From the NCBI GenBank assembly GCA_015680685.1, contig MNCI01002112.1, forward strand, positions 279,290-343,289: 64,000 nt of DNA, written 5' to 3'. The translations under genes were made by a program, and so were the position numbers. The DNA comes from Gnetum montanum. Its lineage: Eukaryota > Plantae > Gnetophyta. Position 1 is the first letter of the stretch. Every line of letters starts with the position of its first letter. Of this stretch, positions 1 through 14,212 are shown in pieces. The notes beneath the pieces were generated by a model that saw only the letters and a program-made list of their open reading frames with translations, had not been told where the DNA came from and did not search any database.

Positions 1-1180
1 TTATTTTTTTAGCGTCTGCCTAATCTTGGGTGCTCAGTGAAGCTACAGGTTGGGGGTGTGGGGCTATATACAAGTTAGACTGTTGGGTTGTGGGTTGAAA
101 GGCTGAAAGCTGAGCGATCGACTATTGTGCTTGTGGGAAGTTAATGGTGGGCGGTACTACGGATGGCATGTTGTAAGGGAAATATTACTGATGCTGCGGA
201 TGGGGTCGTACCTGTGGCACATGATAGGGGAAATGCTGTGGTTGTTGTGGTGGCAGCTGTACTGGGGGAACGTTGGCTGGTTGAACCATACGTGGTGGTA
301 GGTTATAATTAGGAGGTTGATGTTGCTGCAACTGAGCGCTCATCGTTACCCGTGGTATAACTATGTTTTGTGGAGGGACTCCCTGTTGGGTTATGGCTGT
401 AGAAGGGGCTGTATGCGTTTGAATGTGCAGGATGTAGTGGGCAGATGTGGAGGCCGGTATGACGTGTGGCATCCCTATCACTTGGGGTGGGAGTGTTACT
501 CCCACGCTATCGTGAGGGGGTGATTCTTGTGAAGATGGGTCGATTGCTGCCTCGGGAATGATGGCGAGGGGGAGCGTGATGAATTGAGGATCAGATGGAG
601 GTGGTGCATGGGAAAATGAGGATGTGTGTGATGGAGGCATTTGCGTGTGAGTTATTGTGAGAGGTTGGAGGGGCAGGATCTCCCCTGCATCCAGATGAAA
701 AATGGGATTAGCGTGTGCTTGCAGGCTGAGAGTGTGGTAGGAATCCTCGTGTTTTGACTGGGTAGCGAAGTCATCCTCTTCCTCTAGTCGGGTCTCAAGC
801 GCATGCTGACCTAGCATGTGGCTCCTTTGCAGGAGGAGCTATGTGATGAATTCTGAGTACTACTCTGGAACCGGGATTAGGTCATATGGGGAAGGGGTGA
901 ACTCATATCCTCCCTTGTAAAAGATTTTGAATTGCCTCTTGACTTCCATTTCGGCTCGGTCAACAGCTAGGCCAGCTTGTAACTTAATACATATGAAATT
1001 ATACTGATCCTCGGTGATAATGTTGGAGGCTGAATCTCTCCCCTGCAACCTTATGGACCGGCGGGGTTCCTCTGCGGGTTGTACTCCCGGGTGTTGCATG
1101 ATGGGCTGTTGAACAGCCATGGTGTCTATGATGTTGGTGGCTTGAGTGGTGGCATCTGTAGTGTTGCTTGTGGGGTTCAT
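1..1180 (-). pseudogene. gag: Pro/Gln-rich gag N-terminus of element A, with in-frame stops
   Basis: ORFs 860-1180 and 185-817 share a frame. EEPRRSIRLQG...YNFICIKLQA resembles QGPCRSLKIQN...YNFLCIKI of C1 (26845-27036). Confidence 0.7.
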
Positions 1181-1644
1181 GATGATATGTCACGAAGGTG
1201 AATCTGTCTAAAGATGCGAAGTTAGTGTCGTGTAGTATGCAGCGTATATGCTTCAATGGACGGCGTATAGTGACACCGTATACAGCGTATATGGTCAGCG
1301 TGGGCGTTGAGCGTAGACGAGTCTACGGCGTAAGTGGCTCAGCATATACGCCAGACAGTGTACAGCGTAAAGGTATAGCGTAAGAAAGGGTGCGGCGTAA
1401 ACAATGATAGCGTAAACGATGAACAGCGTAAAAGAAAAGGAGCGTAAAAACAAGGCAACGCAAAGGAACATAAACGAGGGGGCGTAAACGCTGAACAACG
1501 TAGACGCTGGACAGTTGCAGGCTGGAGGTTTAGACTGGGTAGCGTAGCCACTGACAGGTTTCAGCAGGGAGCAGTGTGCAGTTGGCGGCGTAGATGCTTA
1601 ACAGCGTAGACGCTGGGAAATTTGTAGACAAGGGTTTTAGAAGG

Positions 1645-1661
1645 CCCTCCTTCTAATGCCA
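1645..1661 (-). promoter_or_regulatory. Primer-binding site, tRNA-Asn type
   Basis: TGGCATTAGAAGGAGGG lies 5 nt from the LTR end and is near-complementary to the plant tRNA-Asn(GUU) 3' end CCCUCCUUCUAGCGCCA (recalled, not searched). Confidence 0.75.
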
Positions 1662-1666
1662 ATTTC

Positions 1667-2925
1667 TGTACTGCCTGAAATCATCAGTCTCTGGTTAGAA
1701 GGAAAAACAGAGGCCACGGGATCGCAGGACACATACAGAAGACCCTGCCTTCACCTGAGGGTGAGCTGGAATGTGACAAAGGTAGAGTACCTTGGGTGGT
1801 CCGCACATGGATCAGACATGGATTTCCCCACGCGTACGCAAAATGCTAATACGCTGGGTTATGCATAAATGATGTGCGGGCGTAAACAAGGAAACAGAAT
1901 AGCGTAAAGCGTAAATGGATGCAAACGAAGCATGAGCGTAAACAGGCGTAAACAGTTCGTGGGCCAAATTGACGTAAAACTGTAAAAGAACTTATGCAGC
2001 CAATGTGAAAAATGATATTGCAGAGTCAAAGTACAGTGCACCAGTCTAACGCAGTCGTGTGGGAACACAAGGCGGACGAAAAGCCCCGGCGTATACACGG
2101 ATGACTCTGGTTCGTAGGGTAGGCGGAGCATAGAGAGTATCTGTAGTGTACAAGGCTTCCATCATAAGAGGGTTTCAGCTCTGGTGCGTAGCGTAAATGT
2201 TCTCTGGTATGCTCCGAGATTTTGCCAACCGACCTGGTTAAAGTGGAAAAATGGGATTTTTATACAGGTTGTTACGCTAGACTCAGGATGGGAGACACGT
2301 GGCGCGTTGACCGGGTACATACGCTTTACAAATATACAAAATGTTACAACCGCTGGGCATATACGCTAAGCGTATACGCTGCATCAGGTCGTCGTATACG
2401 CTGGGCGTATACACTAGGCGTATACACCGCATCAGCTCGGCGTATACGCTGAACGTGCTAAGCGTGTGAACTGGGTGGAGATGGAGTGCTGGGCGTACAT
2501 CGCCGGGCATATACGCTGAAGAACGCTGGGTGTACACGTCGGGCATGTACGTTGATGAGTGCTGGGCGTACACGCCAGGCGTATACGCTGAAGGATGTCC
2601 ACTTGCTTCAATCCTTGCTCTTCGGTGTTATCTTCATGATGTCATTGGAGATCTTGTCGTCGAGCGTGCACATATTCAATACTTGGACGTGTATGCCAGA
2701 GAGTCAGGCGTATACGCCGTAGAGTGCCAGGCGTATATGTTGGGCGTACACGCTGTGGGTGTGAACCTGGGCATATACGCTGGCACGATGTACTTGGAGA
2801 AAACTAAGTGTCGCGATCTCCAAGGTTGTCGCGTGTGGAATCTTATGCAGTTGACGTCGTTTGTGGGTCCCAGGGACCTGCTTGGTGTCGGGTAAGTACT
2901 GAGCTCCGAATTTTGTGGTGATTCA
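1667..2925 (-). repeat. 5' LTR of element A
   Basis: TG...CA termini resemble the other LTRs here (TGAA.CACC start, ...TACA end), it is adjacent to the PBS, and it is rich in GGGCGTATACGC-like motifs. Confidence 0.75.
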
Positions 2926-2926
2926 G

Positions 2927-4192
2927 GTGCCAAAACACCCTGATACACAACCCACCTCTGTTCCCCTATGACCTTTGCGAGAACGTCTTGCCAACAGACT
3001 AACAAGAGAGTGCCTGGAAAGAGAAAACCATCAGTACAAATTAGAACCACCAAAGCCCACACCACTAAATGCTATTCCTATGGGTCTACCCATTAATGAG
3101 CCTAGTACGAGTAATCAAAAAGAGGATAATGTCACGGGTTGTGTCCCAAACCCAACATCCTTAGTTACCAATGCAAAAATCTCTCCATGAGAAATACAAA
3201 TGCTGGGTTAAATGGACCAAATCTTTACAAACAAGGGTACCCCAAAAGGTAAAGACCTAGCAAGCATGTTGACTCAGGTCACATAAGGTTTGAAACAAAA
3301 GAATACTTCTTTAAGTATGTATGACCTAGTAATGACTTCACAAGTACATTGAGAATATCTCGTACAAATGTTGACTTCGATCCCTATTAGTGAGGATCTT
3401 CCTGTAGATGAACCATCCATTTATGCAGTATTGTCCCCGTAACCTTAGGAATCAAAGACTACATCCCTAGAGTTTTGTGCTAATGACATTAAGCTAGATG
3501 AGAAAATAAGAGAAGTCACCGTAGTCCCTATGTTCATAACAATACAAATTAACCATTTCAAGATAGGTAGGGTGCATGTTGATGACGATGCAGCAACAAA
3601 TGTATTACCCTTTTCAGTCATTGAAAAAATGGGACTTATTGAAAAAATATAGCCCATGACAACTTCTTTCTTGAAATCCTTCAGTGGTTCCCATGTTGTA
3701 GTGAAAGGTATGGTTACCTTGGATTTCATAGCAGGGGACCAATTCCCCACCTCAACTGAATTTGTAGTGGTTGATGAAATGCCAAGGTTTAATGTAATTC
3801 TAGGAAGTCCTTGGCTAGCTTGACTTGGAGCCATATCCTCACCAATCCATCAATAGATCCGCCTACCTTACAAAGGTGGTGAGATCATCATACATGGGAA
3901 TACGACGAAATCACTTACTTCCTTGCACTCAGGAATGGATCAAGGGTCAAAAATTGAGTTTTCTGACCCTAATCAAGGACCCATGAGCATACTTAAAAAT
4001 ATGAACCCAACGTTAACTCATGATCCTACTAAAACTAAGGAAGCACTTGACAACACAAACATAGGAGCCATTCCCACTGACGTCTCTTGGTTAGAATTAC
4101 CCTTTGACATCACTAGTGAAGGGGAAGGTGAGTATAAAATCATGCCTACATGCCCTACCCCTCATGTTAAACTACAAAATATTAAGAGGTAA
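2927..4192 (+). pseudogene. gag C-terminus and aspartic protease of element B
   Basis: SLSMYDLVMTS at ~3305 and RVHVDDDAATNV at ~3570 match SLYDLVMTS...RVQVDDGASTNV of C2 (34614-35222); FNVILGSPWL motif. Confidence 0.85.
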
Positions 4193-4224
4193 CTCAATAA
4201 CTAGAGGGAACCACTAAATGGCCA

Positions 4225-4465
4225 GAATGACATTAAACTACCAATCATCTAGTACAATGTTAAACTGCCAATGAACATCCACAATGATGTTAAACAAGCC
4301 ACGGTCAGAAATGGTCGGTTCCTTTTAAAAGATTCCTAAAATTGTTATTTCTTGTCACCCACTATGGCATAAAATTGGTAATCCTTCTTTCTTTGACAAC
4401 AAATGCAAAAGTCCACCATGACTTTAAACTGATGTGCATAGCCTGAAATGGCTTTAAACTAGGGT
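4225..4465 (+). repeat. Degenerate copies of the ATGACnTTAAACTRG motif directly after the protease ORF
   Basis: About 6 copies, e.g. ATGACATTAAACTACC, CTATGGCATAAAATTGG, CCATGACTTTAAACTG, ATGGCTTTAAACTAGG. Confidence 0.55.
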
Positions 4466-4809
4466 TCAATACATCACAGGTTTACAAACATTCACTATGT
4501 TATGTTAACTTCATTTAAATGATATAAGTTGCAGTCTCAATCTATGCATTCTCATTACTTTCCTCCTTTACAAGTGTTGATTTACATTTTGTTCTCCCAT
4601 TTTACATTTAGCTACATGCATATGTTCATGATAATACTTGAGAAAATAAATAAAAAAGAGGAAACACATAAAATTAAAACAAATGATATGTCAACATGGT
4701 AGTAAAATTCCAACACGTTATGCCATAATTAGATCCATATTATTACACTTTTCAACCATACATTTCCATCAAACATCCAAAAATCCAAAACATTTAATAG
4801 CTAAAGTTC

Positions 4810-7430
4810 AATTAACAATAAGCTCATGGAGGGGGTTGGTCCTTAAGATCCTCTTCATCATCTGCTCTCACTCCACTGGGCCAACTCCATCATTAACATG
4901 TCCCTATAACAAGGCAAAACACACAAAAAAAAGAAAAACGGATAAGAGTAGTGAAGCAAATCATAAATACAAAACTAAGAAAAAATAGTAACACTAATAA
5001 TGAAAATAGTAAAACCATATAAGAATAAATAATAAAACACTCACAAGTGAGGAAGGCCCTAAGTTTTCCTATAAATGCCATAGAATCTCCTCCTCGGGCA
5101 CATTTGCCCAATCCTCATCCAGGCCAAGATCAACACCAACCAAGGTTTTTCCCTTGTCCACTGAAGTCCAGGTAGGGTGCTCCAAAGAGAACATGCCAAT
5201 TGAAGCCTTCCTAGAGGCGGCAGTAATGGTTCTCTCTGGAGATCCCTCCACCTCAGTGCACTCGGCTTGCTAGTCATAAGCAGACTGCAAGCCTAACCCA
5301 TTGATGAACATCTCCATTCTGTAATGTTCAATTGACTTCTCCTTTAACCATTTCTTATACTGATGCTTGTGGTCCTTTTGGTCTTGGTACCATTTCTATA
5401 CTTTGGCAGCAAAGGATTTCCAAATGTGACACTTCCTATTTAGCAAATCCATCTGTGTTCTTTGTTCTACTAGATCCCGTGTCACCTGCAGTTTGCTATT
5501 CAAAATCGTCCAGTAACATGCATAGGTGATTTCAGATGTGCATGAAGTGCTATCACCAGACAGCCTATTAGTGGAAAAATTGTAACGGGATTAGAGATCC
5601 CTCTTCTCCTCTCTCTCCTTCGCTAGTGCTTCCTTCAATGAATGCACCTTGTCCCATAGATATTCAACAGAACACTTACAAGTCCAAAGCAATTTGGCAT
5701 TCTATATGACAAAACTAGAAACTGCATTGTAAAACTTCCTAGGGACTTGCTCAATATTCCTTGGAAATTTAGGGAGAGCATTAATATGAATGGCTTAAGA
5801 AGGATCCCACATAATCTTAGCGCTTGCAGGTGTAAGTATCGCACACATTTATCAGCTATGATCAACAATGAATGCAAAGAAACATAAATAGACTAAACAC
5901 TTAGCATGACATGTAATGTACACATACCTAGTTCTAGATGAGCTTCTTGTAGGTGAGTGACCATATCACTAACAATTCCCATAACAAAATCCATTTTTCT
6001 AGGCATCTCAGGCCATGGCCTTAGCGGGTCATTTGATGTGGGACGAGCAGGAGAGGTCTCTTCAATTGGAACCTATGATCTTGACACCACTACGCTGGAT
6101 GTATGTGCCTCAGAAATTTCAGCATCTACCTCTAATGCTAAAAATAATCAAGATAATTAGGAAAAATACATGAAAATTAAAATACACAGAATATGGATTG
6201 AGCTAAAAGAAACATACCAAAAAACCGTTTAGCTTGGGCAGATCACCAAGCTGCAAAGATCCATTAAAGAAACCATCGAAGACATCTCTTTCATCACTTG
6301 AATTCCTAAGTTCATCCAAGGCGTCTGAAAGCTTTGTCCCTATGATGCTTGTCACATCTTCCTCTTGCAGAGCAAGAGGTTCCTAGATTGCTTCTTCCCC
6401 TTCTTTTCCTTCCTCCTCAGGTCCTGTGATGACTGCTTCTGGTTCAACTATCAGGACCATGACCTCTCTCTCCCTCTCAGGAATTTCCTCTGATAATTCC
6501 AGAATCTTAGAGTTAGTATAACATAGTACATATAACATATAAAAGTAAAATAATAATAATAATAATAAATATATAAAAATAAAATAAACTACTTACCCTC
6601 CACTGGCAGTACAAACCAAATCTTCTTTGCCCTTGATGGTCTCACATATGGAGTAGGCTCCCTTGGGCGTTGTTTCATCTTCACCTTTACTTTAGACTTT
6701 CCAACAATCTCACCAATCAAACATTTAGCCCTTTTAATAGACGTGTGCAGCCTAGGCGGGTCCAATCCCAAGCTATCATGGGAATGGCTAGCCGCACCCC
6801 CAGTTGTGACTGATACTGATTTCTCAATGTCTTCTGGTGGGTCCTGGGATCTAATGGTGCTAAATAAATGGCAAATCAAAGGACAAGATAGTTGTGAATG
6901 ATTCCTCAAAATATAGCAGTTATCATCATAAACTACTAGGAACTCTATGTAGATACCCTGCGAAGAATGCAAATGTAAAATGGGATTTGGCATGAATGTT
7001 TGAACGTAATCTAATGATCTCCCCAAAAAAACTAGATCCAAGAAACTGTGCCCAGTTATAGTGTGTGCCTATCTCTATGACTGCACATATCACACATGTG
7101 AACTCGATCCCAAGGTTTCTTCCTTGAGAAAGAGATTTGGCAATGCCCGTGCCTAGAAGAGAGGATACAAGAAGTTCATCTCCATTGATCGAGTATCATC
7201 TTGCATGGAAAAGCCCTTAGGACCCCGAGACATGCCTAACCACTACTCAAGCTTTCTTATGACTTGTCCTTCTTTAGTTGCTTTATCTATGGTCACCATG
7301 GCACCATCCATGAGCACGCCATTTAGTAACTCTTTCCTCAAGGGGGTGTCTCTTACTTTGCTCTTGTTTTAAATTGGCAGGAGCAAGCACATGGCCATCA
7401 TGAATATCCTTTCAACATTATCTCTTAGTG
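4810..7430 (-). pseudogene. 3' half of a spliced antisense extra gene between PR and RT of element B
   Basis: Minus-strand donors GTAAGT (6596), GTATGT (~6217, ~5927) and GTGAGT (~5044) with AT-rich introns. Translation LE*WLGMSRGPKG...LYPLF*ARALP...IGTHYNWAQFL matches C1 ORF 24673-25119; WANVPEEEILWHL matches C2 WVDITEEEVLWCL. Confidence 0.75.
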
Positions 7431-10400
7431 GACCATATGGAAAGGTAAAAAGAGCAATCAATCCAAAATCCTTGGATCTAGACCCATCCACTTATACTAA
7501 TTTAATAGCGTCCACTTAAGAAATGTCATACTGGCCTAAAAATGTCACTAAGACTTTGGATCTAGAAGTTGAAAATATCATTGAAGATTCTCTAATTGAA
7601 ATCCCCATTACTACATTTGATGAAAAAGCTATAACATTGAAATTAAGCACCCTACTAGACCCACAACTTGTCGGTGACATCACTCAAGTACTGAAAGACA
7701 ACATCAAAACATTTACATGGTCATATACCGACATGCTAGGATTAGACCCTTGAATCATCCAACACAATATCATCCTTGATGAAAAAATTAAATCAATGAA
7801 ACAAAAAGCATGAAAAGTTAGACCTGAGGTAGCTTTAGTAGTCCATGCTAAAATCACAAAGCTCTACCAAGCCAGTTTCATCTACACCGTTGACTATTCT
7901 GACTGGGTATCAAACATTGTAGTTGTTCCCAAGAAGAATGGTAGCATACGCATTTGCATTGACTTCTGTGACCTCAACACAACCACTATAAAGGACGACT
8001 TCCCACTACCTAGCATTGATCAAATTATTGACACAACCGCTGGGCATGCACTATTATCCTTTATGGATGGATTTTTTGGATATAACCAAATAAGAATCAA
8101 CTCAAAACATCAACTTAGAACAACTTTTATGACACCTTGGGGAACATTCTGCTATACAATTATACCATTTTATCTTAAAAACATAGGAGCTACATATCAA
8201 TGAGCAATGACATATATATTTAGTAATTACATGCTCAATTTTCTCAATGATAACATTAAATCTAGAACAACCGAACAACATGCAAAAGATCTAGACCTAG
8301 TTCTTAAATGTTGTCTCAAATATGACCTTAGACTCAATCCAAGGAAGTGTATCTTTGGTGTCAAAAATGAAAAAATGCTTGGCTTCGTAGTCTCTGAAAT
8401 AGGGATCTGAGTAGACCCTGATAAGGTTAAGGCAATAACTAACATGCAACCACCAAAAAATCTTACCAAACTATGTGGTCTCCAAGGTAGATTGCAATTC
8501 ATTAGGCACTTTATCAAAAGGCTGATGGATAAGTTGAGACCCATGCAACACGTATTATGAAAGAATGTACATTTCCAATGGACTCAACAATGTCAAGAAG
8601 CATTCGAGAACATAAAACAAGAGCTAGCTTAGCTATCAATCTTTTATCCTCTGCAAGGCGATAAATCCTTTTACATCTACCTTGCAATGTCCAATTCTTC
8701 CATTGCATCGATGCTTTGTCAAAAACATCAAGATGGAATCAAGATCCCTATATATTACCTAAGCCTTACTTTAATTGCCTATGAATAACAATATAATGAT
8801 GTAGAGAAATCATATCTTGTGCTTGTTTTCTCCTTGAAGAATGGAGGAATTATCTCTTCCACAATCAAGTTTACATCATTTGCAAGGATAATGTACTCCA
8901 TGACATCACTAATAACATCTATGAGTCAAGTAGGATAGCTAGGTGGAAAGTGATGATTGTAGAGTTTGACCTACACTATGTTGCTCAATCTTCCACAAAA
9001 GGTCAAGCAATAGTCATGTAATTAACTATCTCGCCAACTCATGATCAAGAAATAATTAACCCTAAATTCCCCCAATGAGAATGTTAATAGCATAGACACC
9101 GTACTCGACAACTATGAGGCAATCCTCTATTTCGATGGAGCCTCGACTTCCTGAGAAGGAAGTGTTGCAGCTATTTTAACATACCCCTCTAAAGAAATCC
9201 AATCCTTCACCTTTCGATTGAACTTTCCCTTTACCAAAAACATGGCAGAATACAAAGGTCTCCTCAGAGGTTTTCAAGCAGCATTGACTTTAGGATTCAC
9301 ATGTCTTATAGTTAGAGGTGATTCATAGTTGGTCATTAAACAGGTCACAGATGTTTATGCATGTAAAGCTCTCCATTTGCAACCGTATTGTGATTTGACC
9401 AAGCATCTACTGAGATGACTAGTAGAAGTGGATATACAGCATGTCCTTAGGAGTGAAAACACTATCGTCGATGCTCTTGTCACATTAGCCTTAAATGTGA
9501 CACCTGAAATGTTCCATGCATTGCCTAGCTCTATAACAAGTTGTGCCAAACCTATAATTAACACCGTTGATGAAATGCCTATAGCATCCGTTAGCACAAG
9601 ACACGCTATAGAATGTTACGATGACATAAAAAGAGTACATTCTACGAGGCGAAGCTCCACAACACTTGATAAATGCTCAAAAAGACGTCGTGTGGAAATG
9701 CTCTTGACAATATGCATTAATAGGGAACACCTTGTGTTGCAAATCCTATGAAGAAATCCTGCTGATATGTGTTAGTAGCATTAACGATCAAACGATTGTA
9801 GAACAAGTTCATGAAGGACTTTGTGGACGGCACATAGCACCCAAAGCAATGGAAACAAAGATTAGGTGCTTAGGCTACTACTTGAAACACCGTGGAAATT
9901 GTGAATCAGCCTCAGGTGAAGATTCACGATTCAGGCAAAAGTTTGTGATAGAATTCCGGAAGGTAGAACAAGGCAAAGCAAGGCGAAACGGCACCCAGCA
10001 TCAAGTCTCCAAGTTCCTTACAGATTTCAATTTTACTATGTTTTCTGTCTTTACGCTACATTACACAACATAGCGTAATGACACTTAGCATAATTCTGCT
10101 TAACATAGTCTGACATTAGAAGGTAAATTACTTCAACAGATTTGGTGAAGCTTAAGCCCTAAGCAGTGTAATATGCAACTTCTTGCATATCCTGCTAAGT
10201 CTTTTGTCACAGGGTCGGATTCATGTTCTATTACGCAAGGCAGCGTAATGAGCTTCAGAAAGGTCAAAGGGGAAGTCCAAAACAAGTGCGACAAATTGGT
10301 TTCTTTCTTTTTGCAAATTGATCACGTTATGCTACGCAGCGTATGTCAGCGTAATTTATCGTCGAGTTGATCATTTTTACGCTTCGCTACGCTTTTCTAC

Positions 10401-12428
10401 GTAAATGAGCATAAAATAGCTTGACTCACTATTTCCATGCTTTGTTATGCTCTGCTACGTGACGTAGCGTAAACAAGTGTAATACAGCGTAAAGCCGGCT
10501 AAAGCAATTACGCATTTGCTATCCATACGCACAATACGCTGATAAGCATATTGCGCGTAATCATGAAGCAGCTTTGGCAAAAGTGTTGACAGCGTACGTT
10601 GCAATGTTACATGACATAGCTAGTTCGTCAAGTCAACGGTATCTGGAAAGTTTAAGACATGTGTCATCCAGGCCGTGCCTTTTCTGCATGTTATAAATAT
10701 CCCAATTGGTGAAGAAAGGCGGGGACTTCTTTTTTTTTTAACAGAGAGTAGCAGCTAGCATCTTAAACTTTTTGGCAGTTGTTTTCCTTGAGCAGAAACG
10801 AGAGACATTTTGTCGAGCATTTGGCAGCAGGAGCGATCATACCTTTTGGCAAAGATACAGTTCTCCCATCAGTGATCCTTGGCAGTTTTGAGTAGAGACT
10901 ATTCAAAGAGAAGAAGATAGATCAGAGATCGAGAGATCATCTAGTGCGGTTGGCAAGATCTATTGATCAGATACAGTTGGTTAATAGACATCTGAGCTTG
11001 ACCTTCCTTGCACTCCGTCTTTGGCTTACAAGGTAGATCAAGCTCCATTCTGCACTCCTTGTTAAACAGTTTTCTTATTATTTTGTGTATGTTTCGCACA
11101 AGATAATCGGAATCTTCCCATTGTAATTTTGTATACANTGATTATCTTGTGCGAAACATACACAAAATAATAAGAAAACTGTTTAACAAGGAGTGCAGAA
11201 TGGANATTACGTTAATGTTATCATTATTGCAATTTATCTACATCGTTTTCCTCTCCTTTCATGATTTATCGAATCAAATCGTTCCATGAAACACCTATAA
11301 TCTTCATCGATTTACTGATTAAGTAAGTCCCTATCTAATCGACAAGACCATTTAGGACGCTGCGGATTCGTTTTCTCCAACACAGCGCTCACACGGATCC
11401 GTGGTTAAAACTGTGTACACAGATTTTGTTTGGTATTTTCCAGTTACCGACATTTTCAGTCGTTACACTACTAACCACACATGAGTACGATTGCACCTCC
11501 AAGGTCAAGACATCTGACATTTTCCAAAGGCATGGCAATCTAATACATGTGCCACCTAGCGAATTACACACAACACAAATCACATGGCCATTCCAAAAAT
11601 GGGGATTAGACTTAATTGGACCGATAACGCCATCATCCTCTGCAGGACATAGCTTCATTATCACAGCAACTAAATACTTCACAAAATGGGTAGAAGTTGT
11701 CCCCCTTAGGAAGACCACTTCAAAACATATTTGCACTTTCACAATAGAAAATATCGTGACCCATTTTAGTATTCCGATGACCATTGTTACTGACAATGAA
11801 TTGCAGTTCAATAGTGCAGACACTAAAAGATTCTATGAAAGCTTAGGTATTAAACATGCATTCTCATCACCTTACTACCCACAGAGTAATGGTCAAGCAG
11901 AGGCTACAAACAAAACTATCATCATGGTGCTCAAAAAGATGTTAAATTAGAGCAAGAAATGATGGCACAATTAATTAGTCTATGCATTGTGGGCATACAG
12001 GACAACACATCGAACATCTATAGGTAAAAATTCATATAGTCTTATGTACAGGTCTAAAGTTGTTCTACCTTTAGAGTTGTAGGTTCCCTATTGCGGATAG
12101 CTCTCTCGGGCCTCCTCGATGAAAGTCAAAATAATGAACTACGCATTCCTGACCTTAACTCAGTGGAGGAGGAACATGTGCGAATGCTTGATCAGATCGA
12201 GTGGTACTAGAAACAACAACGACAATGACACAAACATGCCCAATTAAAGAAGGAGACTTAGTTCTTAAGGTCATCAATGAACATCCAGACAAATTCTCAG
12301 CCAACTGGGAAGGGCCTTACTTAGTCACCAAAGCATACAATAATGGAGCATTCAAACTTGTTGACATAGATGGGAATGAGCTTGCTAATTCCACAAATCA
12401 TCTGTACCTGAAATGGTACTATGTCTGA
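7430..12428 (+). pseudogene. pol: pol of element B: RT, RNase H, additional archaeal-type RNase H, integrase (interrupted by a solo LTR)
   Basis: SFMDGFFGYNQI, LNPRKCIFGV, LYFDGAS, EQVHEGLCGRH, WPFQKWGLDLIGP, YYPQSNGQAEATNK, KFSANWEGPY. Confidence 0.93.
9883..11467 (+). mobile_element. Solo LTR (1585 bp) related to the LTR of element E, inserted in the integrase of B
   Basis: TGAAACACC...CAGTCGTTACA with perfect TSD CTACT (9878-9882 and 11468-11472); removing it restores GYY*PHM (GYYWPHM in C1). Confidence 0.92.
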
Positions 12429-12444
12429 TCAAACTAAGGTACAC

Positions 12445-12680
12445 AATGTCCTAGAATCATGACTTAAAACTAATACCACAGAATGGTCCTGGCATCATGA
12501 CTTAAAACTGATACCACAGAACATCCTAAAATCATGAATTAAAAATGATACCACAGAATAGTCCTAACATCATGACTTGAAAATGGCACCACAAAATGTC
12601 CTAGAGTCATGACAATAAACTAACACCACAAAACTCTGTTCGGTATCATACTAAACTTCTAGAGTCATAATAAACTGACT
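12445..12680 (+). repeat. Post-integrase tandem array of element B (~38-40 bp unit, GTCCTAGAATCATGACTTAAAACTGATACCACAGAA)
   Basis: About 5-6 visible copies immediately after the integrase stop. Confidence 0.8.
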
Positions 12681-12849
12681 TCTAGAGATTTTCAATCTCC
12701 TAGATGAAATAATAACAACCTAGTTAGAGCTATTAGAGATGAAGGATAAATTTCCCATTGCTAATGCCCAACTATAGATAGCCACCATCAAGAACCAATG
12801 GTTGGCTATCGAGGTTGCGAAGTTGCAAACTCGTCTCTCCAACCCAACC

Positions 12850-13903
12850 ATTCTTAACATAGAGCTTACAAGAGATGAAGCTTTCCAATAGCTTTAGCAT
12901 AGAATAAGAGAGGTTGAGAATGCAAAGGAGGTGATGGCCTTTGCTGCATCCTTGTTGGAAGCCATAGCATTTAACCATGACAAGGACTTATCACAAGTGC
13001 ACAAAAAAATCTTAGTTCTCACCAAGAATATACATTATTTGTGCAATGTCAAATAGCAAAAAGACCAAATGGTTGAATTTGTTCAATAGTAGCAAGAGTA
13101 ACTAGCCAATGTGAACCTTGATTTGAGGACGTTAGTAGTAGAAAATCAAAATTTCTCAATGAAGGAAGTCTGAGTGCTTCATTAGAAAATGGTCATTGAG
13201 GTAGCCACCTAGAAGAATAAAGCCTTGAAATTCGAATGAGTTAAAAATCATTATAGGAACTAGGTCAGGGTTCTCAAGGAAGTAAATAAAAAGGAAATTT
13301 AACTAGCTAAGACAAAGATGAACAAGACCCTTCAATAACTTCAGCAAAGAGGTGATGTGTGGTAGCCAATCTTTGATGGTCTAAATGCATATAACAAAGA
13401 TGAAATTTGCCTAGATGATAGAATACATGAAGCTTGCCAACATTCAATGTGTAAATTTGGCTATGTTGACAATGAGGAGGTTGAGAATCAAGTTAGAGAA
13501 GTATGTGGCTATTTCCTACCTCTTATATGAGGTGGAATTTAAGCACCATAAGGAAACTAAGCAACAATTGAAGATAACCAATGCAAATTTTGAAGTTCTC
13601 AAGAATAGATTTGCTAACCAATGATCTGTTGCTGAGAACCTAACTAGGAGGATGAATGACTACCATGAGTTGTAGAACCTAGTAAATATGTTTAACATTG
13701 AACATAAGCAATTCATAGCCTGGTTTGTCAATGCGAAAGAGATGTTCCCAGTGTTGTTGTGCCAATGGGGTATCTTTGTGCCAACCCACATGGGTGAAGT
13801 TGTGTGGACTATGTATAACCCATGTAGTAAGAAAGAAAAGATGAAAGCATTACAGGATGCTTTTAGGCTTTCTCCAGTAGCAGTAGTAGCAAGTTATCCT
13901 TAG
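12850..13903 (+). pseudogene. Decayed sense-strand extra ORF (coiled-coil-like) between integrase and PPT
   Basis: ORF pieces 13415-13624 and 13688-13903 share a frame and are E/K/L-rich; the upstream purine-rich sequence has similar composition. The 5' limit is approximate. Confidence 0.5.
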
Positions 13904-14212
13904 CCTTTTCCACCACTGTAAGCATCAAAGCTTGGTAAAGGATCTTTCCCATCCTAGGAGCCTTGACCTCTTGGAACTATTTGAGAATTCACTTGGTCTT
14001 CGAAAATTGAAATGTACCTTTTGAATTTTTGTAAAAGTATCTAATTTTGTTGTCATGAACACTAATTTTGTAATCCTGTACAATCTTGCACTCAAATTCG
14101 GCCAATCTTTTATTTTTCAGTTAATAAATTCCATACTTTTCCAATTCTTGTAAAAAGCTTAATCCTACTTTTTTCTCACTTGAGGACAAGTTTTTAGTTA
14201 GTTGTGGGGGTA

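Larger units (their letters stand above)
1..2925 (-). mobile_element. Tat-type Ty3/gypsy LTR retrotransposon A, 5' part (5' LTR, PBS, 5'UTR, start of gag), inserted in the gag region of element B
   Basis: Minus-strand order is LTR (TGAATCACC...CAGTACA), 5-nt spacer, PBS TGGCATTAGAAGGAGGG, then a gag N-terminus similar to C1/C2. The flank at 2927 reads in frame with gag of element B. Confidence 0.8.

Noticed and set aside
11044-11205. Perfect ~65-bp inverted repeat inside the solo LTR (possible miRNA hairpin or MITE)
   Set aside because: The second arm is bounded by single n bases at 11138 and 11205 and is identical to the first arm within an otherwise aged LTR, which is typical of a gap-filling artefact.
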